Virus record (IMG/VR): IMGVR_UViG_3300010429_000303
Location: 36,852-100,851 of that record
Reading direction: 5' to 3' (one strand)
Source of the DNA: a virus
Taxonomy: Duplodnaviria; Caudoviricetes
DNA length: 64,000 nt
Under the pieces are notes generated by a model that worked only from the letters and a program-made list of their open reading frames with translations, had not been told where the DNA came from and made no database searches. Position numbers and translations under genes: made by a program. Shown here piece after piece: positions 44,301 to 51,892 of the stretch. Position 1 is the stretch's first letter. Every line of letters starts with the position of its first letter.

Positions 44301-45890
44301 ACAAAATACTACATCAAAAGATATACTATAAATTTAAACTCTGCTAAAAATAAAGATTTTATTGAATCTACAACGATTCCAGGAGACAACTATACCAGTT
44401 TTATTCCGACAAACGGATTTGTCCCTATTACCACAACCTCCGTTGAATATAATAATATGTCGTTGCTTAACAGAACAAAACTGTTAGATGCCATTCGAAC
44501 ATCTCCTGCAGTAATTCAAAGTACACCCTCAACCTCTTCAAGTACAAATTTAGCAGGATTCACTGAAATTAGTCCATCATATACTCCGTCAACAACTACA
44601 ACTTCAACAGCCCCCAAAGTGTGTCTAACGGACCCATTAGCCCAATCGTTCTTTATTGATGGGGAAACCCACCCTGAAGGGGTTGTTCTATCCTCTATTG
44701 ATCTGTTCTTTAGGAAGAAGGATAGTTCTCACTCAGTTATGTTAGAACTCAGGTCTTCTGTCAATGGCTATCCCTCTTCCAAAGAAGTTATCCCATTCTC
44801 TAGATCCTATAAGGAAGCTGAGGATATAGAGGTTTCTGAAGATGCTTCAGTTCCAACCAATTTCAAATTTGAGGGGTTAGTTTACCTTAAACCCGGGGAA
44901 TACCACTTTGTTGTAATTTCAAAATCACTAAACTATGATGTCTGGGTCGGTCGGCTAGGGGAGTTTATTCTAGGAGATGAAACAAAAGGACGGGTTGATA
45001 AGAATCCGTATGCAGGAGTTTTGTTTAAGTCCTCTAACAATACTGCTTGGCTACCAGACTCAGAGGCAGACTTTACCTTTAGAATCAATAGATGTAAATT
45101 TACTACTGGAGAGACTGTTCTTGAATTCTCCTCTAACACCTACCAGTCTAAGGGCAGAACTGCTCAACCTCTCTCAATCACAACCATTAAGCCTGCCTTT
45201 TCGAGTATCATTCCAGAAGGGTCTAGAATATCTAAGTCCTTAGTTACCCTTACCAATAAAGATACCTTGGTACCCAAAGAGTTCTCAATTCCTCTAAATG
45301 GGAACTACGATTTAGATGAAGTATATACCATATCAGATACCAAATTTGATTCTACGAACAGAATACTTCATAAGATTGGTCTCACCACTACTAAGGATCA
45401 TATATCTCCCTTGATTGACTGGCAGAGGTCATCGTATGTGCTAGTTAACAATCTCATAAATAGTATAGGAACTGATGATACCTCTGAACTTCAGCCGTAT
45501 GGGGGTTTAGCAAAAGCCCGGTACATCACCAAACCTATGCGGTTGAACTTGGAGATTCCGGCCAATAACCTTCGGTTGGAGTTTGCGGCCAACTGTCCAG
45601 GATCTACCTCCGTTAAGGTCTTCTACCGGGTCTTTAATACCCTCCATGACAGTAATGGGCTAACCATTGTCGATAAGAATTGGATCTTCCTGGGAACAGC
45701 ATCAAAGATTCCTAAGGATAAAGATACCTTTATTGACTTTGCCTTTGAGAGTCCTAATCCAATTCCGTACCCGGGAATTGCTAATCTAACAGAATTTGAT
45801 GTCTGCCAGGTGAAGTTGGTGATGGATTCGTCCAACCCAGCCTTTGTTCCTAGAGTTAAAGACTTTAGACTTATCGCCCTATCCAGTTGA
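38322..45890 (+). CDS. Giant virion structural protein, VrlC/DUF4815-like, paralog 3
   Basis: Same conserved motifs ([46 protein letters not shown]) with a ~1000-aa unique central insert. Confidence 0.88.
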   Translation: MNRQIAFSAPYNPYDDSFFVNQNQHKVLLKPGHNVDHSHLNLIQSVLQEQVARFGQHVFVNGSFVTGGQYTQVRDAVVLDIVDLRGNELNTLKRVGVGNWILEDNGQTIAILSVDTEKENSPEVHKLLISKDTPLEIELIPDKHYTIYNVANPNTKLNIKKASDFQYIVFDEGVLFVNGYFISIPKQYAIVRYASSSVGFLLEQNIISYFDDISLLDNSSKDAGSFEGADRLQLQLELASFSIPKLKTNYNLARGSFFEFLKLDNWEVIKDLTKTQYSKNLSQMIERRTYDKSGNYTVTPFKINIKNDTDLEFKIEISPGKAYIFGYEFDSISTKSLPLVKDSGLLAEQSNTLAVPTLPYLVCPTLDKFIPIQTDVPVKFYDSDGEQIGTGFVGYIKQVSDKVRLYLSSFTLNSGKSLYDTTTVRDFNEDTLASIELIVVASNPTRLVTLDQDEKLPSILRIEDLLVQKVFEDVTNNLITFDSNETPPTDVSNYLTFQSNGMVGIIDDISIEDKVVSLISAKSIDKVIVSGVKLTVTHSVASESEITIQVPFSTTINLPYKIKKVLSATNNQETITSLFTVSERVTEVSLLGSSLTYTGIDTRSGNLLLTLLVTTYNTSTLRIDNSILDLRQSTYFTFPLIEPNSPLKLYYDVKQARYDKLVLTKDGTFELIQGTPHPYKPVAPKDRIDAMTLYTLYIPGSPKSPEDVGVKYIENKRYTMRDIGKLEKRIENLEYYNLLSLLEKETSDQTYKDENGLDRFKNGFMVDNFKTYKGVDFKSPDCLFSLDLQQGHLRPSFEMENVGVETSFSNIPLLSCPYTETILLDQNQASSTLNLNPYEVFTWQGQVTLYPPLDYWVDTTVKPDITLDHKGEFDVYATFKEKGFTSEWGVWDSKILDFTSSDLAGVSSQDFAGSDLPTEKRLWIPDIDPSATPELIAKYNLWVSSGFVTGFSITTPDGYVDGKPAILLDFKGQKVQKSADLTHFGDSAVITSSLGTTVRDVGFSPYIRAKSIQFTAKGLKPNTKFFVTFSDVDVSNLCSGGLMSSSNGSLSGVFSLPAGRFKNGQHQFKLIDTLSQNSSQVTSFAIAEYTANGMQSTVQETFISTREPQTTTESVSFTEVSAVFDSTVLTVQNSITINQFGTGLVELYDSAGSTPIVVGKDGESVYYTAESGKNYILRITETVGRVSEVSGLDYYDSTQTKGVRQGSFLFDGDKVITARFADESEKILVQFALLDFNTSISDSELSPYYKLTLNRFPDYEDEITYLQYRKPTANVSYPEEIVFPLSNNRINTDVFEITGGDSVTVEFITTGTTGTWANDSVTWIDYQTIKWDKYGSTVISKTFTQTDISAVVDKNAIELMYLFNGRASFLTVRSKTNGSSFLCGVNCYLDENNTTTPLHTSQINPKFSNVYEVGKIFNEFENSPSTGYLIVSPNLGNFDVTISVSPYFLNAQNVFIPLPIEDLDSGYGIDISDVPLATGSRNIFLDFMLDGVINVTPTPPTPPPTPTPTPPTTTLISLLDDPPITNSLDDYPIDPLRTCTFTLKLPLHFVSEDIDVSGILFINDIDAATIIKDGTFTYQLDPVARKASLRVMKFDCPFNTRITIDLRMNSAKPYNLALDHTLTDQPFMRDTVKEYRYPNFSRKGTFLVNLRNQIVTLNMHQVIRTTCIPGQAKRTGLVQVPMVIQYASALNQTMLINGVNLEDIFANPEKSPFAFRTMEMFVGNRNYVADFRAMSSYVYPGPSSKTEVFENTPIGSGTSTGGFFPHFKQIFIIWYVPYNSLFTVSSPFVSSEPKYIISPLGKVQGPYTYGYHEYTRVPGDYSQNYQQFSFKFFRNNDQKGFSGIYSKQETTRTSTYLISKDMGLLFEFCPLKEAEGQDFSNFEPDASDGTRSTDKYKVMFFPGAAYINKRNAERFMFFPDYYEKGRYTVVSENDDRSRFISTYYGSGLNPCLMNNVEALKYVYQSITAYNLGGVDTFSYYKVIKILDSSFTQATKYYIKRYTINLNSAKNKDFIESTTIPGDNYTSFIPTNGFVPITTTSVEYNNMSLLNRTKLLDAIRTSPAVIQSTPSTSSSTNLAGFTEISPSYTPSTTTTSTAPKVCLTDPLAQSFFIDGETHPEGVVLSSIDLFFRKKDSSHSVMLELRSSVNGYPSSKEVIPFSRSYKEAEDIEVSEDASVPTNFKFEGLVYLKPGEYHFVVISKSLNYDVWVGRLGEFILGDETKGRVDKNPYAGVLFKSSNNTAWLPDSEADFTFRINRCKFTTGETVLEFSSNTYQSKGRTAQPLSITTIKPAFSSIIPEGSRISKSLVTLTNKDTLVPKEFSIPLNGNYDLDEVYTISDTKFDSTNRILHKIGLTTTKDHISPLIDWQRSSYVLVNNLINSIGTDDTSELQPYGGLAKARYITKPMRLNLEIPANNLRLEFAANCPGSTSVKVFYRVFNTLHDSNGLTIVDKNWIFLGTASKIPKDKDTFIDFAFESPNPIPYPGIANLTEFDVCQVKLVMDSSNPAFVPRVKDFRLIALSS
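42807..42863 (+). repeat. Pro/Thr linker
   Basis: TPTPPTPPPTPTPTPPTTT. A second S/T-rich linker lies at about 44521-44615. Confidence 0.9.
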
Positions 45891-45897
45891 GGAACTT

Positions 45898-46119
45898 ATG
45901 GATCTTTCTAAATTTGTTCAAACTGATGTCCCTTATCTACTTCGAGATAAAACTAATATGGCTATTATAAATAATGATGTTCGTAAGTATGAACTGTACA
46001 AGAAAAGTAAAGCCAATCAAAAGAAAAAAGATGAAGAACTATCTGAGTTAAAGACTCAGCTTAAGGAGATGAAGGATATGCTGGCTCAAGTCATCCAACA
46101 GAAAGAGTCTACTCCATGA
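45898..46119 (+). CDS. Small coiled-coil protein of the kind following VrlC-like genes in T4-like phages
   Basis: GAGGAA RBS before the ATG at 45898; L.RD..N.AIIN.D...Y..Y followed by heptads. Confidence 0.7.
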   Translation: MDLSKFVQTDVPYLLRDKTNMAIINNDVRKYELYKKSKANQKKKDEELSELKTQLKEMKDMLAQVIQQKESTP

Positions 46120-46319
46120 TTCTCCCTATCTCTCAGACAGCTACCTTTACTGATTTGTTTAATAAGCTCAACGAAGTTATTTCTTCATTGAATACCACTG
46201 AGAGTCAGATAGGTAATCTAGATGACTTAGAGACATTAGCTGATGATTCATTGGTTGCTGCTATCAATGAACGAAGTGGTGATTCTCTCTTTGTGACCTC
46301 TCTCATTCTAGAAGACTAG
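46116..46319 (+). CDS. Small fibre/fibritin-like virion protein
   Basis: TF.....K.NE and IGNL..L.T....SLVAAINE motifs; ATGA coupling to the upstream gene. Confidence 0.6.
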   Translation: MILPISQTATFTDLFNKLNEVISSLNTTESQIGNLDDLETLADDSLVAAINERSGDSLFVTSLILED

Positions 46320-46338
46320 ACCAAAGGAATCTTAACCC

Positions 46339-46650
46339 ATGGCAACCTACAAAACTGTTTTAAAGTCCCAAATCTGGGAAGAAAATGTCTTATACACCGC
46401 TCCCATGGGTAAGACATCTGTGCTTGTTTCAGCGTTTATCGCCAATCGAGGCACCAATATTACCTCTGTTTCCTTGTTCATCCAAAGAGCTGGTACCAGC
46501 TACTTCATAGTCTATACCATCCCACTAGCCATTGGCTCTACCGTTCAACCTAATGATGGACGAAAGGTTTTCCTAGAGGCTGGAGATGTGTTGATGGTAA
46601 GTTCCGACGACTTGGTAGACGTGGTTTGCTCACTCATAGAAGATATCTAA
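46339..46650 (+). CDS. Small virion adaptor-like protein
   Basis: LYTAP...TSV......AN and K..LEAGD.L.V beta-sandwich pattern. Confidence 0.6.
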   Translation: MATYKTVLKSQIWEENVLYTAPMGKTSVLVSAFIANRGTNITSVSLFIQRAGTSYFIVYTIPLAIGSTVQPNDGRKVFLEAGDVLMVSSDDLVDVVCSLIEDI

Positions 46651-46669
46651 AACAAGGAAGTCCATACCT

Positions 46670-48298
46670 ATGTCTTGCTCTTATATCGGTTACTCACCCT
46701 CATTTGTGGTAGATACCACCAATCAAACTTCAGATCAAGTATTAGCAATAAATCCCCTGTTAGAGTACTATACCTTAAAGTTTGCCCCGGTCTCTGATAA
46801 CTTCATTCAAGTCTTTGTCAATGGAGTCTTCTACCTTCCTACCGTAGATTACTATGTGGAAGGGAATAAGATTTACTTTATGAAACCAGACATCCCGGTA
46901 ACTGGATATATCTACGTGTTCTTCCTGGGAACCAACTACTTTAGGTTGAATGAGGTCTCAGAGGCATCAGTGGCCCAGGAACATTTGGTCTCTGATCTTA
47001 AACTGTTTGAATATGATGTATTCGATGGGAACGGGACTGAAGATACCTTTACTTTACATTTTGTTCCTGGCTCTGTCTCATCCCTCCTGGTATTTGTTGA
47101 TGGGATTGTAAAAACACCTTTTCAAGATTATACTCTTATAGAGAATGTTCTTACTTTTACTGACCCTCCTGCACTTAACACTCAGATTATTTGCCGGAAT
47201 ATGGGATTCAAGGCTTCTGAACAAGTTTTTGAAATTGCTGATCTGAGTATTACTACCGATAAGATTGCTGATGGGGCGGTTACAACCGATAAGTTGGCAG
47301 ACGATGCTGTTACTACCGATAAGGTATTGGATGGAAGCATCACCACAGAAAAACTTAATAGTGAAGTGTTTAGTGATATCATTAACTACGAATGGGTCTA
47401 TGATACCATTGATCTTCAAACCCAGTACTCTAGACGACTCCTAGTAGATACCACTGCTACCTCCATCAATATTATCCTTCCCCCAGATCCAGTAGTTGGT
47501 CAGTACGTAGAAATTCTAGACTTTACCAGAAACTTTGCTAACTTTAATTGCACACTGGTTAGAAATGGAAAAAATATTGGTGGCCAAGCAGCAAACTATG
47601 TGCTAGATCGAGCGGCGATGCATTGTAGATTGATCTATACCACTGGAAATTGGGAGTTGTTCTGGTTGAACGCAGGGGCTGTGTTTACCGCAGAACTAAC
47701 CGAAAAGAACTGTGAAATTTTCTCCGATGAACATACCGAAGCAACTACTTTCTACTCAGATCCGTATATTCAGGTTGGGGTAAAGACTGGGGTTGAATAC
47801 AGTCAAGATGGTGATAGGTTGACCACTGAATCAGAAGAGATAGACACTGAGCTCTATACTGCCTATGAGGAGTCAAAAGACTCCAATTACCCTTCTGCAT
47901 TCTCTTGTGCAGTAAATGGAACTGAATTTGTTACTGGACAACAGGTTATCATCTCCTTGACCTTTAAGTCATCTTCGGTGTCAGTTTCTGGGTCAGGGGT
48001 TAAACCTTCCATTGAATTGTCGTTTTCAGATATGGTTACTCAGGTAGATGCTGAACTGAATACCACGACTTCTACCACCTCCGTGTTATACTTCAATTAT
48101 ACTGTGCAGAGAGATAATGTAACCCAGTATATTGATATCACCGGATTTGATACTGGTGACTATACAGTCACAATTGAAGGGCAAGACTTTGTTCTCTCTA
48201 CCCCGATTAGGGTGGCTGTATCATTCACCGAGAATATTCTACTGGATCTCAAGAATCTCTATTTCATTGGTGCCATTGAATTAGGTGCCATGCTTTAA
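46670..48298 (+). CDS. Tail fibre/baseplate protein with gp9/gp10-like domain
   Basis: Y.G..P start, two V.VNGV/VDG.V...DY repeats, (I/V)TT.K(I/L)AD repeats and VDT......I.LP..P..G..V.I.D....F...N...RNG..I motif. Confidence 0.7.
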   Translation: MSCSYIGYSPSFVVDTTNQTSDQVLAINPLLEYYTLKFAPVSDNFIQVFVNGVFYLPTVDYYVEGNKIYFMKPDIPVTGYIYVFFLGTNYFRLNEVSEASVAQEHLVSDLKLFEYDVFDGNGTEDTFTLHFVPGSVSSLLVFVDGIVKTPFQDYTLIENVLTFTDPPALNTQIICRNMGFKASEQVFEIADLSITTDKIADGAVTTDKLADDAVTTDKVLDGSITTEKLNSEVFSDIINYEWVYDTIDLQTQYSRRLLVDTTATSINIILPPDPVVGQYVEILDFTRNFANFNCTLVRNGKNIGGQAANYVLDRAAMHCRLIYTTGNWELFWLNAGAVFTAELTEKNCEIFSDEHTEATTFYSDPYIQVGVKTGVEYSQDGDRLTTESEEIDTELYTAYEESKDSNYPSAFSCAVNGTEFVTGQQVIISLTFKSSSVSVSGSGVKPSIELSFSDMVTQVDAELNTTTSTTSVLYFNYTVQRDNVTQYIDITGFDTGDYTVTIEGQDFVLSTPIRVAVSFTENILLDLKNLYFIGAIELGAML

Positions 48299-48321
48299 TC
48301 TAAACCAAAAGGAATCTAATC

Positions 48322-48738
48322 ATGGCGTTATTTGCTACCTTTCCAGTTACCACTGGTCCTTCTCAGATTACCTGCCGAATTGAGAATTCAGACGGTACGA
48401 CAGTCCTTGATGTATTTGATAACACATCAGGGGCCACCGCAATTAAGATTGAATCTTTGAATGTCACTTCTACTGATACTTCCGATAAAGTTATTAGTTT
48501 CTATATCTACAATGGATCAATTTCATTGTTGATTGGCTCTATTAACATCCCTGCTGGGTCTGGAACTGATGGAGTAGTTACCAGAGTTAATGCGTTAACG
48601 ACCTTAGGAACTAAGGGGGCAGATGATGTAACGTGTGTCTGGCTAGCCGTTGGGAGTAAACTTCAAGTCAAAGCAGTAGCTACCTTAACCGCCGATAAGC
48701 TGGTTGATATTGTCGGCCGTGGCTACTACTACAACTAA
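48322..48738 (+). CDS. Virion adaptor-like protein (paralog of 62632-63051)
   Basis: Shares DV.DN..G..A.KIESL, LIGS...P..SGT.GV, RVN.L.TLG..G.D.V.C.W and G.KLQV with 62632-63051. Confidence 0.7.
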   Translation: MALFATFPVTTGPSQITCRIENSDGTTVLDVFDNTSGATAIKIESLNVTSTDTSDKVISFYIYNGSISLLIGSINIPAGSGTDGVVTRVNALTTLGTKGADDVTCVWLAVGSKLQVKAVATLTADKLVDIVGRGYYYN

Positions 48739-48753
48739 GTCGAGTAAAAGATC

Positions 48754-50430
48754 ATGACACAAGGGATTCAGGGCATTCAAGGAAGTATTGGTCTTCAAGG
48801 CTATCGAGGAATTCAAGGGTTTCAGGGAGTAACTGGAGCACAAGGATTTTATGGTATTCAAGGATTTGATGGTTTACAAGGAGGTTCTGGTACCCAGGGT
48901 AGAACTGGTTCTCGTGGGCTTACTGGATTCCAAGGAATATCAGGTTCTCAAGGGGTGTATGGCTCACGTGGGCTACAAGGCATTCAAGGTATCTTAGGTG
49001 CTCAAGGAGTTCAGGGTATTCAAGGTCCGGCAGATGGTCCCCAAGGGACTACTGGGGTCCAAGGTACTGGGGGGAATCAAGGTACTCAAGGAACTCAAGG
49101 CCGGGTTGGGACTCTAGGATCGCAGGGTATTCAAGGAACTAAAGGGGATTCTGGAGATTCGGGTTCTTCTGGAGTTCAAGGTATTCAAGGTATTCTGGGT
49201 GGCCAAGGCATCACTGGGTCCCAAGGAACTCAAGGCATTCAAGGTCCTGCAGATGGTCCCCAAGGTATTCAGGGGGTTCAAGGTGTTCAAGGTCCTGCTG
49301 ATGGTCCTCAGGGAATTCAAGGAATTTCTGGCTCTCAAGGCATTCAAGGCCGTCAAGGTGTTTTAGGAGCGCAAGGAACTCAAGGGAGTACCGGGGGTCA
49401 AGGGGTTCAGGGTATTCAGGGAGTTTTGGGAACTCAAGGTATTCAAGGTCGGCAAGGTATCACTGGATCCCAAGGTACTCAAGGAGAAGGAGTACAAGGT
49501 GTTCAGGGAATACTAGGGCCTCTAGGAACTCAAGGCATTCAAGGTATCCAAGGAATTCAGAGTCTTCAAGGTATTACTGGGGGACAAGGTACTCAAGGGG
49601 TAACTGGGTCTCAAGGCATTCAGGGGATTCAAGGTCCTGCAGATGGACCACAAGGGATAACTGGCTCTCAAGGCATTCAGGGAATAACTGGAGCTCAGGG
49701 TATTCAAGGTATCACCGGGGCTGGAACTCAAGGATCGACAGGAACTCAGGGTATTCAAGGGGTAGAAGGACCAGCCATTCAAGGTGCTCAGGGAACTCAG
49801 GGTATTCAAGGAAACTTAGGACTTCAAGGTCGCCAGGGGATTCAAGGATTTACTGGTGTTCAAGGCAATGATGGATTTAGGGGGACTCAAGGAACCCAAG
49901 GAGTTCAGGGGATAACTGGAGCTCAGGGGATAACTGGAGCTCAGGGTATTCAAGGTATCACCGGGGCTGGAACCCAAGGAGTTCAGGGGATTACAGGATC
50001 ACAAGGAGTCACTACAGCCCTTAGTTCTACTGATACAACTGCGTTAAGTGCCCTATACCCAGTAATGGTACCTGCTGCTGGATCACTCCAAACAGTGTAT
50101 TCCACTACAGATAAACTGTACTACGATTCTACTCTTGGAAATCTTTATGCAACGAACTTCGTATCGTTGTCTGACATTAGAAGTAAGAAAGAGGTTAGCA
50201 CTATTGAAAACGCTCTAGCTACTGTCAATAACCTTAGGGGTGTCAACTTTAAGTGGGTCACTACCGATCAACCCGCAGTGGGGGTTATTTCTCAAGAAGT
50301 TGAAGAGGTCGTTCCTGAGGTAGTTTATACCAGTCCCACTGGGGATAAGTGTGTAGCGTATGGTAACCTACTCGGAATACTCATTGAGGCTATTAAAGAA
50401 CTTGATCTAAAAGTTTCGAGATTAGGTTAG
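48754..50430 (+). CDS. Collagen-like (Gly-X-Gln/Thr) tail fibre with C-terminal S74 intramolecular chaperone
   Basis: About 420 aa of G-X-Y, then SDIRSK..V..IENAL..V..LRGV.F.W, G.I.QEVE.V.PE.V and V.YG.L...LIEAIKEL. Confidence 0.92.
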   Translation: MTQGIQGIQGSIGLQGYRGIQGFQGVTGAQGFYGIQGFDGLQGGSGTQGRTGSRGLTGFQGISGSQGVYGSRGLQGIQGILGAQGVQGIQGPADGPQGTTGVQGTGGNQGTQGTQGRVGTLGSQGIQGTKGDSGDSGSSGVQGIQGILGGQGITGSQGTQGIQGPADGPQGIQGVQGVQGPADGPQGIQGISGSQGIQGRQGVLGAQGTQGSTGGQGVQGIQGVLGTQGIQGRQGITGSQGTQGEGVQGVQGILGPLGTQGIQGIQGIQSLQGITGGQGTQGVTGSQGIQGIQGPADGPQGITGSQGIQGITGAQGIQGITGAGTQGSTGTQGIQGVEGPAIQGAQGTQGIQGNLGLQGRQGIQGFTGVQGNDGFRGTQGTQGVQGITGAQGITGAQGIQGITGAGTQGVQGITGSQGVTTALSSTDTTALSALYPVMVPAAGSLQTVYSTTDKLYYDSTLGNLYATNFVSLSDIRSKKEVSTIENALATVNNLRGVNFKWVTTDQPAVGVISQEVEEVVPEVVYTSPTGDKCVAYGNLLGILIEAIKELDLKVSRLG

Positions 50431-50438
50431 GAGGCTTC

Positions 50439-51872
50439 ATGGCATTTCTCTATGATGACCCAGAACATGGCCTTCGAGATTTTAATGAAGAATTTTTCAC
50501 TGATTCATGGTTGATAGATCAATTTACCGGGGAAACTCTCTGGTCTTGGGGGTATAATTACTTTGGTCAACTAGGCCTAGGAGATACCATAGACCGTTCT
50601 TCCCCTACTCAGGTTGGTTCGTTAACCAATTGGAAGTCGGTAATAGGTGGGGAGAATCATACCTTAGCCATTAAAACCGATAACTCCCTCTGGTCTTGGG
50701 GAAGAAATGACTATGCCCAACTAAGTCTAGGAGATACCGTAAACCGGTCTTCCCCTACTCAGGTTGGCACTTTAACCAATTGGAAGTTGGTGGTGGGTGG
50801 GTGGGATCATACCTTAGCCCTTAAGACTGATAACTCTCTCTGGTCTTGGGGGGATAATTACTATGGATTCCTAGGTCTAGGAGATACTGTATCCCGTTCT
50901 TCCCCTACTCAGGTTGGTTCGTTAACCAATTGGAAGACGGTGGTGGGTGGTGGATATCATACCTTAGCCCTAAAGACTGATAACTCCCTCTGGTCTTGGG
51001 GGTATAATACAATTGGAGCCCTAGGTCTAGGAGATATCGTAGCCCGTTCTTCCCCAGTTCAGATTGGGTCATTAACGGATTGGAAGTTGGTGGTGGCTGG
51101 TGGATATCATACCTTAGCCCTAAAGACCGATAACTCCCTCTGGTCTTGGGGGCATAATTACTATGGATCCCTAGGTCTAGGAGATATCGTAGCCCGTTCT
51201 TCCCCTACCCAGGTTGGTTCGTTAACCAATTGGAAGTTGGTGGTAGCCGGGTATTATCATACCTTAGCCCTTAAGACTGATAACTCACTCTGGTCTTGGG
51301 GGTATAATAATAGTGGTCAACTAGGTCTAGGAGATACCGTCCAGCGTTCTTCCCCTACTCAGATTGGCTCATTAACCAATTGGAAGTCGGTAACGGGTGG
51401 TTTCTATCATACCTTAGCCCTTAAGACCGATCTCTCACTTTGGTCTTGGGGGGATAATACAGATGGAACCCTAGGTCTAGGAGATATCGTAGCCCGTTCT
51501 TCCCCTACTCAGGTTGGATCATTAACCAATTGGAAGTTGGTGGTGAGTGGGGGATACCATACTCTAGCCCTTAAGACCGATCTCTCACTCTGGTCTTGGG
51601 GGAATAATTACTATGGAGCCCTAGGTCTAGGAGATACCGTCCATCGTTCTTCCCCAACTCAGATTGGCTCATTAACCAATTGGAAGTCGTTTGTGGGTGG
51701 AGTATATCATACCTTAGCCCTTAAGACTGATAATTCACTCTGGTCTTGGGGGTATAATACAGACGGAGCCCTAGGTGTAGGAGATATCGTCCATCGTTCT
51801 TCCCCAGTTCAGGTTGGGTCACTAATGGACTTGAAGTTGCTACTGAGTAATAGTGGATTAACAGTGGATTAG
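50439..51872 (+). CDS. RCC1/BLIP-II-repeat beta-propeller protein (putative adhesin)
   Basis: Nine 50-aa units LWSWGxNxxGxLGLGD...RSSPxQxGxLTxWK..GxxHTLALKTD; the last unit is truncated. Confidence 0.92.
   Translation: MAFLYDDPEHGLRDFNEEFFTDSWLIDQFTGETLWSWGYNYFGQLGLGDTIDRSSPTQVGSLTNWKSVIGGENHTLAIKTDNSLWSWGRNDYAQLSLGDTVNRSSPTQVGTLTNWKLVVGGWDHTLALKTDNSLWSWGDNYYGFLGLGDTVSRSSPTQVGSLTNWKTVVGGGYHTLALKTDNSLWSWGYNTIGALGLGDIVARSSPVQIGSLTDWKLVVAGGYHTLALKTDNSLWSWGHNYYGSLGLGDIVARSSPTQVGSLTNWKLVVAGYYHTLALKTDNSLWSWGYNNSGQLGLGDTVQRSSPTQIGSLTNWKSVTGGFYHTLALKTDLSLWSWGDNTDGTLGLGDIVARSSPTQVGSLTNWKLVVSGGYHTLALKTDLSLWSWGNNYYGALGLGDTVHRSSPTQIGSLTNWKSFVGGVYHTLALKTDNSLWSWGYNTDGALGVGDIVHRSSPVQVGSLMDLKLLLSNSGLTVD
50541..51850 (+). 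repeat. 150-bp coding tandem repeat, 9 units
   Basis: TGGTCTTGGG recurs at exactly 50541, 50691, 50841, 50991, 51141, 51291, 51441, 51591 and 51741. Confidence 0.97.
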
Positions 51873-51892
51873 ATAGCGTGTAGTCAGTCCTT

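Noticed and set aside
27573-44631. Inteins or introns as the source of the VrlC inserts
   Set aside because: I saw no Cys/Ser...His-Asn splice junctions or LAGLIDADG/HNH motifs. The inserts are in frame and bordered by P/T linkers.
50541-51850. Possible CRISPR array or complete DGR
   Set aside because: These are in-frame RCC1 repeats. No reverse transcriptase, accessory gene or separate template repeat is in the window, and several variable codons do not fit adenine-only mutagenesis.
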